From Octopus vulgaris (lineage: Eukaryota), in the NCBI GenBank assembly GCA_951406725.2, contig OX597831.1, positions 49,290,001 to 49,354,000 of the forward strand: 64,000 nt of DNA, read 5' to 3'. The notes under the pieces are model-generated. The model had not been told where the DNA came from and made no database searches. It saw only the letters and a program-made list of their open reading frames with translations. Positions 13,276 through 27,226 of this stretch are shown one piece after another. The position numbers and the translations under genes are program-made. Position 1 is the first letter of the stretch. Each line of letters opens with the position of its first letter.

Positions 13276-13767
13276 TAATAATACTTAGAGGTACTACTTC
13301 TACTGCTACGACCATGACCACTAACAACAACAACAATACTAAAGGTGATCAAGATGAAGATAGCAGGAAAATTATCTTATTTAGGGTTAAAAGTTCTATT
13401 GCCACCACCATCACCACTAGCAACAATAATTAAGGTGCTGACAATGATGATGATGACAATTGAAATATAGAAATATAAAAATCTGACAAAGGCTATTTAC
13501 AACATTTCTAAAAATAACCCAACAATTGCTGCTTCGGCCAGGGTCAAGATACAGGACTCTTGACATGTCCAACAAAGCGTGACGCCTAAACCAATCAGCT
13601 CAACCAACCAATCAGCTTAAGTAATTGAGTGATACTACACACTGATTGGTCAGAATACTGTTTGCAAAACCTAGCACTCTGGAGCCTACCCAGCTGTATT
13701 TATAGCACAGAATCAATCATCTTGCTACAGTCAAAAATTGTGAAGCATGACTGTCACCACTACTACA

Positions 13768-13812
13768 TGAACCCGAAGATTGCAGAATTTAATGCATGAA
13801 AGTACTAGTTCA
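13768..13812 (+). ncRNA. minimal type I hammerhead ribozyme motif (core variant)
   Basis: Stem I TGAAC/GTTCA, core CCGAAGA (C instead of the canonical U), stem II TGCA/TGCA, GAAA-GTAC-TA with palindromic AGTACT; located in the Penelope 3' repeat as expected. Confidence 0.65.
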
Positions 13813-13979
13813 ATCAGAATGAACATTTAACATTCTACTATTTTATTTTATTTTATTCTATTATAATATATTATCTTATAATATATGATTATAAGATTGT
13901 AAATAAAACGTGAAAATCAGACAAGATTGGAATTCCTTTTATTAATATATTCTTCTATACACAATCACACCCACCCACA

Positions 13980-14188
<209 letters not shown>

Positions 14189-14526
14189 TATACATACATA
14201 TATATGTATATATGTATAAATGCAAAGTTATAGATACACCATTTAGTCGCTCTTATTTAGAGAAAATGCATGCACAATATGAATACCAGAGGGGTTGTAT
14301 TTCTATATAGAGTTGTGTAGTATATTAATGGTTATGGTATACAACTGCGCAGAATGTTGCTGACAGTATGTCTGAAGAGATACCAATATTGCTTAGAAGT
14401 GTATCCGACGGTAATATCTCGATCAGTCAGATTGTCATAACCAGCAATATACTGCTCGACCCCGCAGACCCAACCACACACACGGACGCACTCACACACT
14501 CTCTTACACCCCCCCACACACACACT

Positions 14527-14561
<35 letters not shown>

Positions 14562-14659
14562 AAACATAGCGTTTGTTCTGTTTCTGACGAAACCTCAGCT
14601 AATGGCACGGAAAGAAAATATTTACATAACTTTTTTTTGTATTGGCATTCTGTTATTCT

Positions 14660-14867
14660 TTTAATCATTTCAGTCAATTGACTGCGGCCATGCTAGAGTA
14701 CCGCCTTTAGTCGAAGAAATCGGACACCGTGACTTATTGTTTTGTAAGCCTAATACTGATTCTATCAGTCTTTTTTGCCGAACCGATAGGCTAAGGAGAC
14801 GTAAACACCAACGTCGGCCGTCAAGCGGTAGTTCGGGAACAAACACAGACACAAACACGCACACACA

Positions 14868-14926
<59 letters not shown>

Positions 14927-15082
14927 CGGCCTTTCAATTTCCATCCACCAAAGTCATACACAAGGATTTGGTCGGCCCAAGGCTATAGTAGAAGACATTT
15001 GTCCAAGGTGCTGCGTAGTGGGACTGAACCCGGAACCATGTGGTTGGGAAGCAAATTTCTTACCACACAGCCAAGCTGCACC
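14660..15082 (-). mobile_element. SINE family D
   Basis: Full copy with internal (CA)n. Confidence 0.8.
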
Positions 15083-15205
15083 TATAATTATGATTCCCCC
15101 TTTCCGTCGCATTTCTTTCGTATAGACATAATTGAGATTAATTAACATGTACGCTATCGAGTACATGTGTATGTGTTTCCGTCTCCACATGAACACACCC
15201 TCACA

Positions 15206-15270
<65 letters not shown>

Positions 15271-15544
15271 CGGCCTTTCAATTTCCATCCACCAAAGTCC
15301 ATACACAAGGATTTGGTCGGCCCAAGGCTATAGTAGAAGACATTTGTCCAAGGTGCTGCGTAGTGGGACTGAACCCGGAACCATGTGGTTGGGAAGCAAA
15401 TTTCTTACCACACAGCCAAGCTGCACCTATAATTATGATTCCCCCCTTTCCGTCGCATTTCTTTCGTATAGACATAATTGAGATTAATTAACATGTACGC
15501 TATCGAGTACATGTGTATGTGTTTCCGTCTCCACATGAACACAC

Positions 15545-15550
<6 letters not shown>
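14925..15550. repeat. near-identical ~280-bp tandem duplication bounded by (CA)n
   Basis: 14925-15203 and 15269-15550 differ only by single-base homopolymer indels. Confidence 0.9.
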
Positions 15551-15624
<74 letters not shown>

Positions 15625-16072
15625 ACACACACATACACACACGCTCTACATATGCTCACTCTCTCACGTCAAGTCCAATTCAATCTTGCAATGCATACAT
15701 TCATGCATACATACATTCATGCATACATACATACATACATACATACATACATAGTTCCCCACTAAATTCATGTCTATTATATTCTATTGTTTGCGTGTAT
15801 TTTTAAACTCTCTCAAAATATCTTTTATTCCATCTGACTATTTTCCCTCTACTCCTATCTCTTTCCTGCCCTTTCTTTACATTAACTATGACCAAGGCCC
15901 CAGACTTAGATCCGGCATTTTAATTGATAACATACAAATGTATTTATTATTTACACTTATTCTTTATTGTTAATGCCGATCTAAATCTACCAATTATAAG
16001 TCTACCATACATTATACACCCCCCTCTCTCTCTCTCTACACACACACACACACACACACTCATATATACATA

Positions 16073-16107
<35 letters not shown>

Positions 16108-16117
16108 TTCAGTAAAA

Positions 16118-17465
16118 ATTTAGATTCAGTTGAATATGGTACTTAAGTTAAAGGCACCAGAATTTGGTATGGTATTATCCATATAATTCAAAATGGGGTG
16201 ATTATAATCAAAATATGCAACAATGATATCCAAAGGTAATGCAGTACGATCATTTCATGCAACTCCATTTAATTAAACAATGCAAGTAATATATCAGTTT
16301 TTAAATGTAGAGCAATCTTCAGCTGCATATGAATATAGAATTTAGTTAAATTGAAAAGATTCATTTTTATAATTATTCCATTTACCAACAATAACTATAA
16401 AAATGAAACTTTTCAATTTAACTGAATCCTATATTTATATGCAACTGAAGATTGCTCTACATTTTAAAACTGATGTAATACTTGCATTGTTTAATTAAAT
16501 GGAGTCGCATGAAACGATCGTACTGCATTACCTTTGGATATCCTTGTTGCATATTTTAATTATATGTATATATATATACTTTATTTAAAAGCAGCAGGAA
16601 TATAACAAAAGCTGTTACTCAGAATTTCACTAGCATATACTAATTAACCACTTTTCACAGATACCATCTGATGAGTTAGTATTTAAGTGTACAATATGTA
16701 TAAATATTAAACTATTTCTGGATAATATCTTTTCCTTCCTCATTTATGGTAAAAGTTTGGTATATACTCAAAAGTATTCATAAATTTCTATCCTTTTGCT
16801 ATAATATTCTTCTTAATAATCCTCTGAATAACCCTAAACTTTAAACTGTATACAATATAGCAACATTATTTAAAATATTTAACTATAGTACTACATGATA
16901 AGACTTCCCCTGTTTCATTATAAATGGTCTGCTTGTGGGCGACCCTCTTAATTGTCAGCTAGCATCTTGTTTTAAGTTTTCCTTTACCAAGCCTCATGAT
17001 ATTGCGTCTAATAAATCTTGATTTGTTCTCTCAGCGTTAGGTGTAGAAGGATTTGATAAAAAAACTGACCCCATAAAAACAAAAAAAAAATCAGTGACAG
17101 GCAGAGTCTGTAACAATGTATATCTTCTTGATAACTTAGTAACTTCTTTGCTGGAGTGGAGACAGCATGTTCTTTGTCTATCTCCATAACTTCTTGGAGA
17201 CTTTAGGTATAATTATATTAATGTGTCCATCTGTTCTAATTTAATTAAATTCAATGTCTTTGTGCAACTGAGGATTGCTCTGCATTTTAAATTGATGTAA
17301 TGATTGCATTGTTTAATTAAATGGAGTTGCATGAAACGATCGTAATGCATTACCTCTGGATATCCTTGTTGCTTATTTTGATTTTAATCACTTTGAAATC
17401 GTATGGATAATACCGTACTAAATTCTGGTGCCTTAACTTAAGTACCGTATTCATCTGAATCTAAG
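16118..17465. mobile_element. Penelope-type element with ~210-bp inverted terminal repeats and three hammerhead-like copies
   Basis: 16118-16329 is the reverse complement of 17263-17465, and a third copy at about 16388-16563 folds back on the first. Motifs CTGAAGA/CTGAGGA...GAAAC-GATC-GTA; (TA)n on both sides. Confidence 0.65.
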
Positions 17466-17466
17466 T

Positions 17467-17520
<54 letters not shown>

Positions 17521-17544
17521 TGTGTATATCTATGTGTGTGTATA

Positions 17545-17775
17545 TTATGTGTCTGTCTTTGTGTGTGTTTTTGTCCATCCCATTACCACTTGACAACCAG
17601 TGTTGGTGTGTTTACGTCACTGTAACTTAGTTGTTCCACAAAAGAGACCGGTAGAATAAGTACTAGAATAAAAAAATAAGTCTTAGGTTCGATTTGTTCG
17701 ACAAAAACCCTTCAAAGCAGTGCTCCAGCATGGCCGCAGTCAAATGCCTTGAAACGGATAAAAGAATAAAAGAAT
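17545..17775 (+). mobile_element. SINE family D, 3' half
   Basis: Matches the family D body and tail. Confidence 0.75.
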
Positions 17776-17788
17776 ATACTAAATTATT

Positions 17789-18004
17789 ATTCTTTTCTAC
17801 TTTAGGCACAAGGCTCAAAATTTTGGGGAAGGGAGAAGGTCGATTAGATCGACCCAGTACGCAACTGCTACTTAATTTATCGACCCCGTAAGGACGAAAG
17901 GAAAAGTCGACCTGGGCGGAATTTGAACTCAGAATGTAAAGACAGATGAAATACCGTTAAGCATTTTGCCCGGCGTGCTAACGTCTCTGCCAGCTCGCCG
18001 CCTT
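17789..18004 (-). mobile_element. SINE family C
   Basis: Family C head and core; TSD ATACTAAATTATT. Confidence 0.85.
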
Positions 18005-18017
18005 ATACTAAATTATT

Positions 18018-18231
18018 CTTTTCTACTTTGGGCACAAGGCCCGAAATTTTGGCGGAGAGAGCCAATCGATTATATCGACCCCAGTGAATAGCTGATACTT
18101 AATTTATCGACCACGAAAGGATGAAAGGCAAAGTCGACCTCGGAGCAATTTGAACCCAGAACGTAGCAGCAGACGAAATATCGCTAAGCATTTCGCCCGG
18201 TGCGCTAACGATTCTGCCAGCTCACTGCCTA
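18018..18231 (-). mobile_element. SINE family C
   Basis: Family C head and core; same TSD as its neighbour. Confidence 0.85.
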
Positions 18232-18499
18232 ATACTAAATTATTATTCCATGATTGCAGGCTGCGAAACGACCATCAAACTACAGATATCAAGTGGTTAA
18301 ATAAATATATTCACCTCTCATATTACCTAACTTTTTGTGATCTACATACTCCCACATGAAATAATTTCATACATTGGATCTCTTGGATTTCAGCTGAACA
18401 CGACACTACATTATCCTCATCCGTATTGGATTACTATGTAGTATGGTAGCCAGCCGAGTCCACTAGAACTTTCTGTGATTGCCATAGGATTCTATTAAA

Positions 18500-18588
<89 letters not shown>

Positions 18589-18643
18589 CATCCATCAATC
18601 CATCATCTATGTATGTATGTATGTTTGTATGTATGTATGTATG

Positions 18644-18730
<87 letters not shown>

Positions 18731-19310
18731 GCGTATGTGTCGTGAGTGTCTGTGTATGCGCGTTTATGTATGCATTGTTTATATGTGTGAGTACATGAAT
18801 GTAAGTGCGTGAATGCGTGTGTAGATATATGTAAATATAATAGATTTATGCAATCCGGAACGAAGAGAAAGTAAGATGATATCAAGCGGAGGCTATAGGT
18901 CAATGAAGCTTTCGTTTATGATGCAAGATGCAATGAAAAGATTATTTCTACATTTTATGCTGACATCTCTTGGACGGCTTTTAAATATCTATTGTTTATT
19001 CCAGTGTCGTTATGTCCTATAGAATATCATTATTTTATTCAGTGTCCTCCTTCCAGCTGAGGTCCCACCTTCTTTTAATGTCATACAGAGTTGTATATTT
19101 ATGAATTACAGCTGAAGACTGACACGAATGAAACAATACAAAACACACACACAAACACGGCATACACATACACATGATACACATACATACAGAACACACA
19201 CATACACACAATATACACACAAACATAGCACACACATACACAATACACACACATTCATATATACATACATACTCAAATCTACCTCCCTCCTTCCCTACCT
19301 ACCCACCTTC

Positions 19311-19374
<64 letters not shown>

Positions 19375-19401
19375 TTATCTATATAATTATCTATCTATAT
19401 A

Positions 19402-19475
<74 letters not shown>

Positions 19476-19496
19476 CATCCATCCATCCATCCAGCA

Positions 19497-19571
<75 letters not shown>

Positions 19572-20656
19572 GTGTGTCTCTCTGTCTATGAATTTATCTA
19601 TCCATTTATCTATCTATCTTTATTTAGAAATCTATGCACTCACCTACGCATGCATTCACACAAACACACACACACACACACACACATATGAACATACATA
19701 TTTTACTTCGGTATGCTGCAAACACATGCACGCACCCATTTTCATACATCCACAAATGATAGTTACATTAAATACAAATTTCGATATTAAGTTCGGTTTT
19801 ATTTTGGAACCATCAGAATTAGTAAAATATGAACGAGTGCAATGAAGATCAAATGACGCAACACTATAAACGATGGCAATAAATTCCATTGGTTGCAGCA
19901 GTTAAAGAAATGGATGGAAGAAGATATACCCCACAAGTGAAGCTATAAACAAATATGAAGATTTATATCCATTTTTACATCGGGAAATCCTGTTGCTGAA
20001 TATAAGTACTACTGAATACTTTATACAAAAAGAAAAAAAAAAAAAAAAGAAAAAGAAAAATGGAACTATCGCCCTCCAGTTTTCATATCACTTTTGTGAC
20101 ACATTAAAAAAGGTAACAGCCAGCGAAAGTAATTCGAAAGAATGCTGATGGTTTTGTGATATAGAATAACGAGGACAAATCGTAATAAATCTACGTAGTA
20201 TTTCAATGAACGTATGTATCTAGCACGTGAATACCAAAATGGCCGACATTTAGTTGAAGGCTAGGAAAACGGATATTTCCGCTCGACTTGAAAGAAATAA
20301 TTATTACTTGATGAAGAAATTATAATTACTATGATTCATTTTTATCAAGGCTGATTTTCTGAAATGCTTGAAATCTTAATTACTCACAAATTTTCATGCT
20401 TTTTTTTCTTCTTTTGTCTATCATCTGTCATCTAATCTGTGTCTTCACCTGTCGGGTGTGTCCTGTTTGAATAGAGGCAGTCTGAACAGTATTCCAGCTG
20501 TGACCGTTTCGTCTTTTTTTGTCGCGTATCGGTTATATAATACTGTGTTATCCTATATATATATATATATATATAGGAAAAGGAAAGATCCAAGGAAGGG
20601 AAGACGGAGGACAAAAATCGCCAACGATACACACATATATATATATATATTTGTAT

Positions 20657-21023
20657 ATATATAAATTAGAGAAAAAACACTATTATGCAATTCAAACAAT
20701 GATAGACATAAACCAAATCATAAATAAAAATTAAAATATATATTTTTTTAGAAACATATAACTAGATCACAAAAAATATAAAAGTGAATAGTCAATATAT
20801 AATAAGTAATAAGTAATACTCATTACTTATACTTTTTGTGATTTAGTTATATGTTTTTTAAAAATATATATTTTATTTTATATTTATGATTTGGTTTATG
20901 TCTATTATTCTATGAATTGCATAATAGTGTTTTTTCTCTAATTTATATATTATATATTTATGTTGTGAAATTTGATTTAATACTAAATTGAATTTTTCCC
21001 TGTAAGTTTGGAGTTATACTCCG

Positions 21024-21026
<3 letters not shown>
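20657..21026. repeat. AT-rich inverted repeat plus tail between (TA)n tracts
   Basis: Imperfect arms of ~120 bp at 20657-20777 and 20830-20950, followed by a ~75-bp unique tail. Confidence 0.75.
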
Positions 21027-21104
<78 letters not shown>

Positions 21105-21138
21105 TACATACACGCATATATATATATATATATATATA

Positions 21139-21217
<79 letters not shown>

Positions 21218-21289
21218 GTATATATATACACACACACACGCACACACACACATATATACATACACACACGCACATAGATATATGTATAT

Positions 21290-21648
21290 TATTTGTTTCA
21301 GTCATTAGACTGCGGGCCTGCTGGGGCACCGCAATGAAGAATTGTTAGTCGAATAAATGGACACCAGCACTTACTCTTTTTTCAAATCCTTGTCCCTATT
21401 CTATCGGTCTTGACGAACCGCTAAGTTATGGGAACGTAAACACATCGACTCTAGTTGTCAAGCGGTGATAGGAGATACACACATACACAAGCACAAACAC
21501 ATACACATACACACACACTCACACCATGCACACACACACGCACACACACGACGGGCTTTTTTTCAGTTTCCTACTACGAAGACACTTCCCCAAAGTACCA
21601 CGCTGTGGGACTGAACCCGGAACCATGTGGTTGGGAAAAGCAAGCTTA
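21290..21648 (-). mobile_element. SINE family D (diverged)
   Basis: Family D head and tail motifs. Confidence 0.75.
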
Positions 21649-21736
21649 GTCACAGATATAATTATTCTGAAGACGGAAGATGTATAATTTAAAATCTGGC
21701 TGGTCCCGAATTATGTGATATGAGGTTACTATGCTT

Positions 21737-21948
21737 AGGCGGCGAGCTGGCAGAACCGTTAGCACGCCGGGTGAAACGCTTTGCGGTATTTCACCTGCCA
21801 CTACGTTCTGAGTTCAAATTCCGCCGAGGTTGACTTTGCCTTTCATCCTTTCGGAGTCGATAAATTAAATACCAGTCAAGTACTGGGGTCGATCTAATCG
21901 ACTTACCCCACCACAAATTTCAGGCCTTGTACCTACAGTAGAAAGGAT
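21737..21948 (+). mobile_element. SINE family C
   Basis: Full copy; TSD TATGCTTA. Confidence 0.85.
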
Positions 21949-24021
21949 TATGCTTAGACCGTGTGGGCGTGTGTGTGCGCGTACGTATGTGTGTGTGTAC
22001 ATGCGCGCTCGCTCGCTCACATGTGTGATTTCATTGTATGTACGGATGTATGATAGCTGAATGATTAAGAAATTTGTGTTACAATCATGAGGACTGAGTT
22101 TCGTTCCGATCGCGTGGAATCATAAGTAAAACTGGGTTGACGAAAACTGTGTGGAAGCCCATCGGAATGCTTGTACATCTAATTTAGTGGTCCAACTTTG
22201 TTATATATTGTATAATGCTGATCCTGCTTCAAAACTATGCTATGTATCCGTGTGTTTGTGAAATTGTCATTTATATGCTAATTCAATGAGAAGCTACCCC
22301 GGTAGATCAATCAACTGAATACTCAGCGTCGATACCGACGCAGATCCATTTACTGTTACTTTAGTGTATATGGTATTATAACGTCAAGTAAATGTTTTGC
22401 TATAAACATAGATGTTCGTGTTTGTTGTTTAACCGCATGTGAATCTTGATCGTGCAACTCTGTACTCAATGGCATTCTTGACGTGACCGTCACATCTTAT
22501 TTTTCCAGGATTACGCTATCCAACGCGTTCTTCCTCCTGTTTTTTTTTTAATCTTGCAAATATTTAGTTTCTATTTCTAGCAGGTCTAACAACCATGTTG
22601 AAGATTCCTCATTCGTTCATAGTTTGGTTACTAGATAGATTTCTATTGCATAGACAGCGCATTGTAGAGAAATTTTTTCTTTCCCTTCTCTCTCTGACAT
22701 CAAAAGCATGCAAACACACATACACACACATACATACATAAACACAAACACACGCACACACACATACATAAACACAAACACACGCACACACACATACATA
22801 AATATATACACACACTTATACGTACATACACATATACATAGATGCATACATAAACACACACACACATATACACGCGTTATTTTGTATTTCTTTATCATTC
22901 AGTGTGCTTACTATAAGAGAGATGTGGATTTTAAACCTCCCCAACCAGTGCATATTTTGACATATTTTTGTTATCATGAAGTGATTTCATAAAAGTATTA
23001 AAACTGTACTCTGCAGGGATTGAAATGCTTTGAATGTTAGCATTTTGGAATTGGCAGTAGTTAGAAACTATGTCAATATAGCTTGCTTTCATATAATTAT
23101 CTACACAGACAAAAATGTACAAATAGACTCGACATTTTCTGTCACTGTTTATGACATGTTTCTCTAACATGCTTTACTCAGTTTTAATCAACAGTATTAT
23201 AAATTTCTACTATGTAAACCTGCCTTGGTTGCTATGTCGCTCCTTGTACTTTGTCTTTGTCAAAATTGGACATCTTACAACTTATGTTGCTTCGTAATGA
23301 TTTTACATTCCATTTGTTTTGCGTTGCAACACAATTTCACTCGATCAAGGAATTGGTTTTGTGAAGCAATTACAAATCTCTTAGATTCTGAATCGAACAT
23401 CTGTCTTTTAAATTAGATGAACAATTCACTTTCAGTCTCTTTGTTACTGTTAAGTACTATGTTTCACATTGACTTTAATTTTCTGGGGTAACTTAACATT
23501 TTTGATTGCTAGATTTTGTTTCTAAGCCACCTTGTACTTTTTTCAATAAATTCCTCCAGTTAAAAATACCTTTTGTTCTTTTCGTGATTACAAATATGAT
23601 ATTGAGGTTTTCACGGATGGTCCAATCGATAGAAGGGCGTATTCCCAGCTAAAGAGCTGATGGCATTTTTGTATTGCAAACTGTTCTAGCATAATTTCTA
23701 AATCTAATACACAGTCTTTTCAAACGGTCTAGTTCCTCTATACACTTATGTTAATAGATACCATGTGTAGGTAGAGTCGACTTCTGTATGTTGTAAGAAA
23801 ACTGCATTATCATCAGGTGTTATGGTTACTCGCAGGACTTTTATTGAAATCCTACCTTGAGGATGCTTCGGTAAGAGAGATAGGTTCTAGCCAGTAGGTC
23901 ATGGATTTAAAGTTTTTAAAGCTTTATATGCACATAGAGGAACAAACCGACTGGCAAGACCAGCCGTGATGGATATTTAATTCCTTACATTTCGGATAAT
24001 ATATATATATATATATATGTA

Positions 24022-24200
24022 TATATAATTATAACAATAAGGGTTTTGCAACAAGTTGCTTGTTGCCAAACCCTTATTGTTATAATTATATACAAGAAAA
24101 CGTTTTGTATAAGTTTTTACCGAATATGGCCCTTTTTCATACCGAAAAACTACTAGGTGAAATTTGACGATTTTATTAAATTAATTATCTTTCACCCTAT
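24022..24200. repeat. near-perfect palindrome plus tail between (TA)n tracts
   Basis: 34-bp arms at 24022-24055 and 24059-24092 with one mismatch and a 3-nt loop, followed by a ~110-bp tail. Confidence 0.8.
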
Positions 24201-24205
24201 ATCTG

Positions 24206-24287
<82 letters not shown>

Positions 24288-24636
24288 AAATGACGTAATG
24301 ATCCTTGCTGTTCCAGTATTTGAGACAGTCATTGCAAGAGGCTGATCTGCCTTGGAATTTAGCCTTTCCTTTTACTGTTCCCAAGTTATTTTTGCAAATA
24401 TTTTATTGCTTTTATTATAGAAACGTTCTAGTTTAACAACTCACCTCACCCCATCCAGCTGTTGTGAATATAATATACATAATAATAACTATCAATAATA
24501 TATATTAATTTTATATAATTTAATTTTTAAGAAAATACTTTTGCTTAAATTTCTTTTCTTTATATCTAATTCAATTACAAATTCTAGTTAATCACATTAA
24601 AAAACGCAGCTTACTCTCAATAAAAATTTGTGACAA

Positions 24637-24806
24637 TGCTGCTGCCACCACCACCACTACCACCACCACCACCACCACTACTACTACTGCTACTACTACT
24701 GCTACTACTACTGCTACTACTACTGCTACTACTACTGCTACTACTACTGCTACTACTACTACTACTACTATTACTACTACCACCACCACCACCACTACTA
24801 CTACTG

Positions 24807-24848
<42 letters not shown>

Positions 24849-24906
24849 GAAATCATCATCATCATCATCATCATCATCAACATCATCATCATCATTATTA
24901 TTATTA

Positions 24907-24955
<49 letters not shown>

Positions 24956-24977
24956 TATTATTATTATTATTATTATT
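24637..24977. repeat. compound trinucleotide microsatellite (CAC/CTA/CTG/CAT/TAT)
   Basis: Direct reading of the sequence. Confidence 0.95.
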
Positions 24978-25094
24978 TAAGATTCTGAGTAATAATCTAA
25001 TATGGTTCTGCTATTCTTTTATATTTACTCATGTCCACAGTTTAGTGTTATTGACGTATTGATCACCTAATACACACACGCACACACGCGCGCG

Positions 25095-25129
<35 letters not shown>

Positions 25130-26014
25130 GCATATATGTTCATTGGTCAATACATATATCTATATATTTGTCTTCAGGTCTCTATATACGTCTTCGTGTC
25201 CATACATTTGTTTCTTGTCTTCCAAAACAACATTGACAGCAGTATCAAATAGATGAACAGACAAATATAAATTCGGCTGTACAGTTAAGAAGCTTGTTTT
25301 ATAATCACGCGGTTTCGAGTTCAGTCCCAGTGCACAGCACCCTGGGCAAGTGTCTTCTATTATCGGCTCAGGTCGACCAACTTCTTGTGAGAGTATTTGA
25401 TGGACGGGAACTACGTAGATGCCCTTCATGTATATATCGCTGGATGACTTCAGTGAAGTCCTCTCAAATGCAAGCATTCGTTCCTGGTTTTCGGTTCAAG
25501 ATGCGTTCTTCTTTTTCTTTTTCCCTTCCTCTAGTATCAGTGGCCCAGTAAAGGGTTTTGTGTACTGCCCTACCTTCAAACCAATTAATAGAGGGTCTGC
25601 TGTGTAAACCATTCTATTTCGGTTCAAGCCTAATAAAAGACTCCAACTGAGTAACTCTAACCAACGAAAAACTCGGCAACCATGCAGTACCCATACACTG
25701 ATCAGCTTTATCTTCGCTTAGAATATATATGTCCGCATATATATGTATATGAGTGTGGGTGTGAGTGTGTGTGCGCGCGCGTCTTTGTGTCTGCGTGTCT
25801 TTGCGTTTAACCCCACTACCGTTTGACGACCGGTGTTGGTTTAAGTCCCCGTGGCTTAAACCTATAGAATAAGGACTTAAAAAGAAAAAAAAAAAAAACT
25901 AAGCCCTAGCGTCGATTTTTCGCCTATATTCTTCATGTCGGTACTCAAGCACGGCCGCAGTCAAACGAATGAAACAAGTAAAAGATAGACAAATAATCCT
26001 TTCTATAGGAAAAG

Positions 26015-26185
26015 TGGAGGCACATGACCTAGAGGTTAGAGCAGCGGAATCGCGGTTGAGGAAATGCGGGTTCGAATCTCAGACCGAGCGATGTGTGTGC
26101 TTATGAGTGAAACACCTAAGCTCAACGCGGCTACTGCAGAAGGTAATGGCGAACTTCTGCTAACTCATTCACCACAACTTTCTTT
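26015..26185 (+). mobile_element. SINE family B 5' part (duplicated at 26586-26711)
   Basis: GTGGAGGCACATGACCTAG..GGTTCGAATCTC head. Confidence 0.8.
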
Positions 26186-27098
26186 TTCCGATGTTTCAAC
26201 GATTTTGTCAAAGAATCGCTCGTAATAACTCTTTCTACAATTGGCACAAGGCCGGATATTTTTTGGGGAAGCGGTTGTCGATTATATCGACCCCAGCTTT
26301 ATCTTCGTATAGAATCGCTTTTTACTGCGGGTTAGTCCGAGAAAGTTAAGCGCGGGCATGGTTGTTACATGATCTACACTGCTTAACAACTGGTGGCTAA
26401 GTGGTTCAACAAATAAAGTTCAGTAAAATAAAAACCATATCTAGATATAAGTACTGTGGTTGATACGATGAAAAAAAAAACAAAAGGCCTTGAAGGAGAA
26501 ACCCTAGCACAGCCGTAGTCAATAAGGGAAACAAGTAAATACGATTGTAGTCCGTGATAGACAAATAATCCTTTCTATAGGAAAAGTGGAGGCACATGAC
26601 CTAGTGGTTAGAGCAGCGGAATCACGGTTGAGGGAACGCGGGTTCGAATCTCAGACCGGGCGATGTGTGTGTTTATGAGTGAAACACCTAAGCTCAACGC
26701 GGCTCCTGCAGTATCAAATAGATGAACAGATAAATAGAAATTCGGCTGTACAGTTAAGAAGCTTGTTTTATAATCACGCGGTTTCGAGTCCATGACATGA
26801 TCCAAACCATTCACTTTTTAGCCGATAGATCAATCTTATATCATCCTCACCAGCTGTGACTACTCTGTTCCAATACCTATATATGTATCTATATACAGGT
26901 ACTCTGCTATAGTACCTATATATGTATGAATATATTTTTTTTATCACATAGTTCTGGATATGTCTACTATATGACATTGTTTGATCTCAATATTCCGACA
27001 AGGAAACTACTTAAGTTCTCATATTAATCAACTGATTTCCAGCAGAGATACAAGGCCACGAATTCTATGTATACACACACGCACGCACACACACATGT

Positions 27099-27161
<63 letters not shown>

Positions 27162-27163
27162 TT

Positions 27164-27226
<63 letters not shown>

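Larger units (their letters stand above)
12195..13960 (+). mobile_element. 5'-truncated Penelope-like retroelement
   Basis: Begins at a (TA)n tract and carries RT, thumb, Cys-rich linker, GIY-YIG, and a 3' UTR/pLTR with a hammerhead motif; ends near (CTAT)n. Confidence 0.9.
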
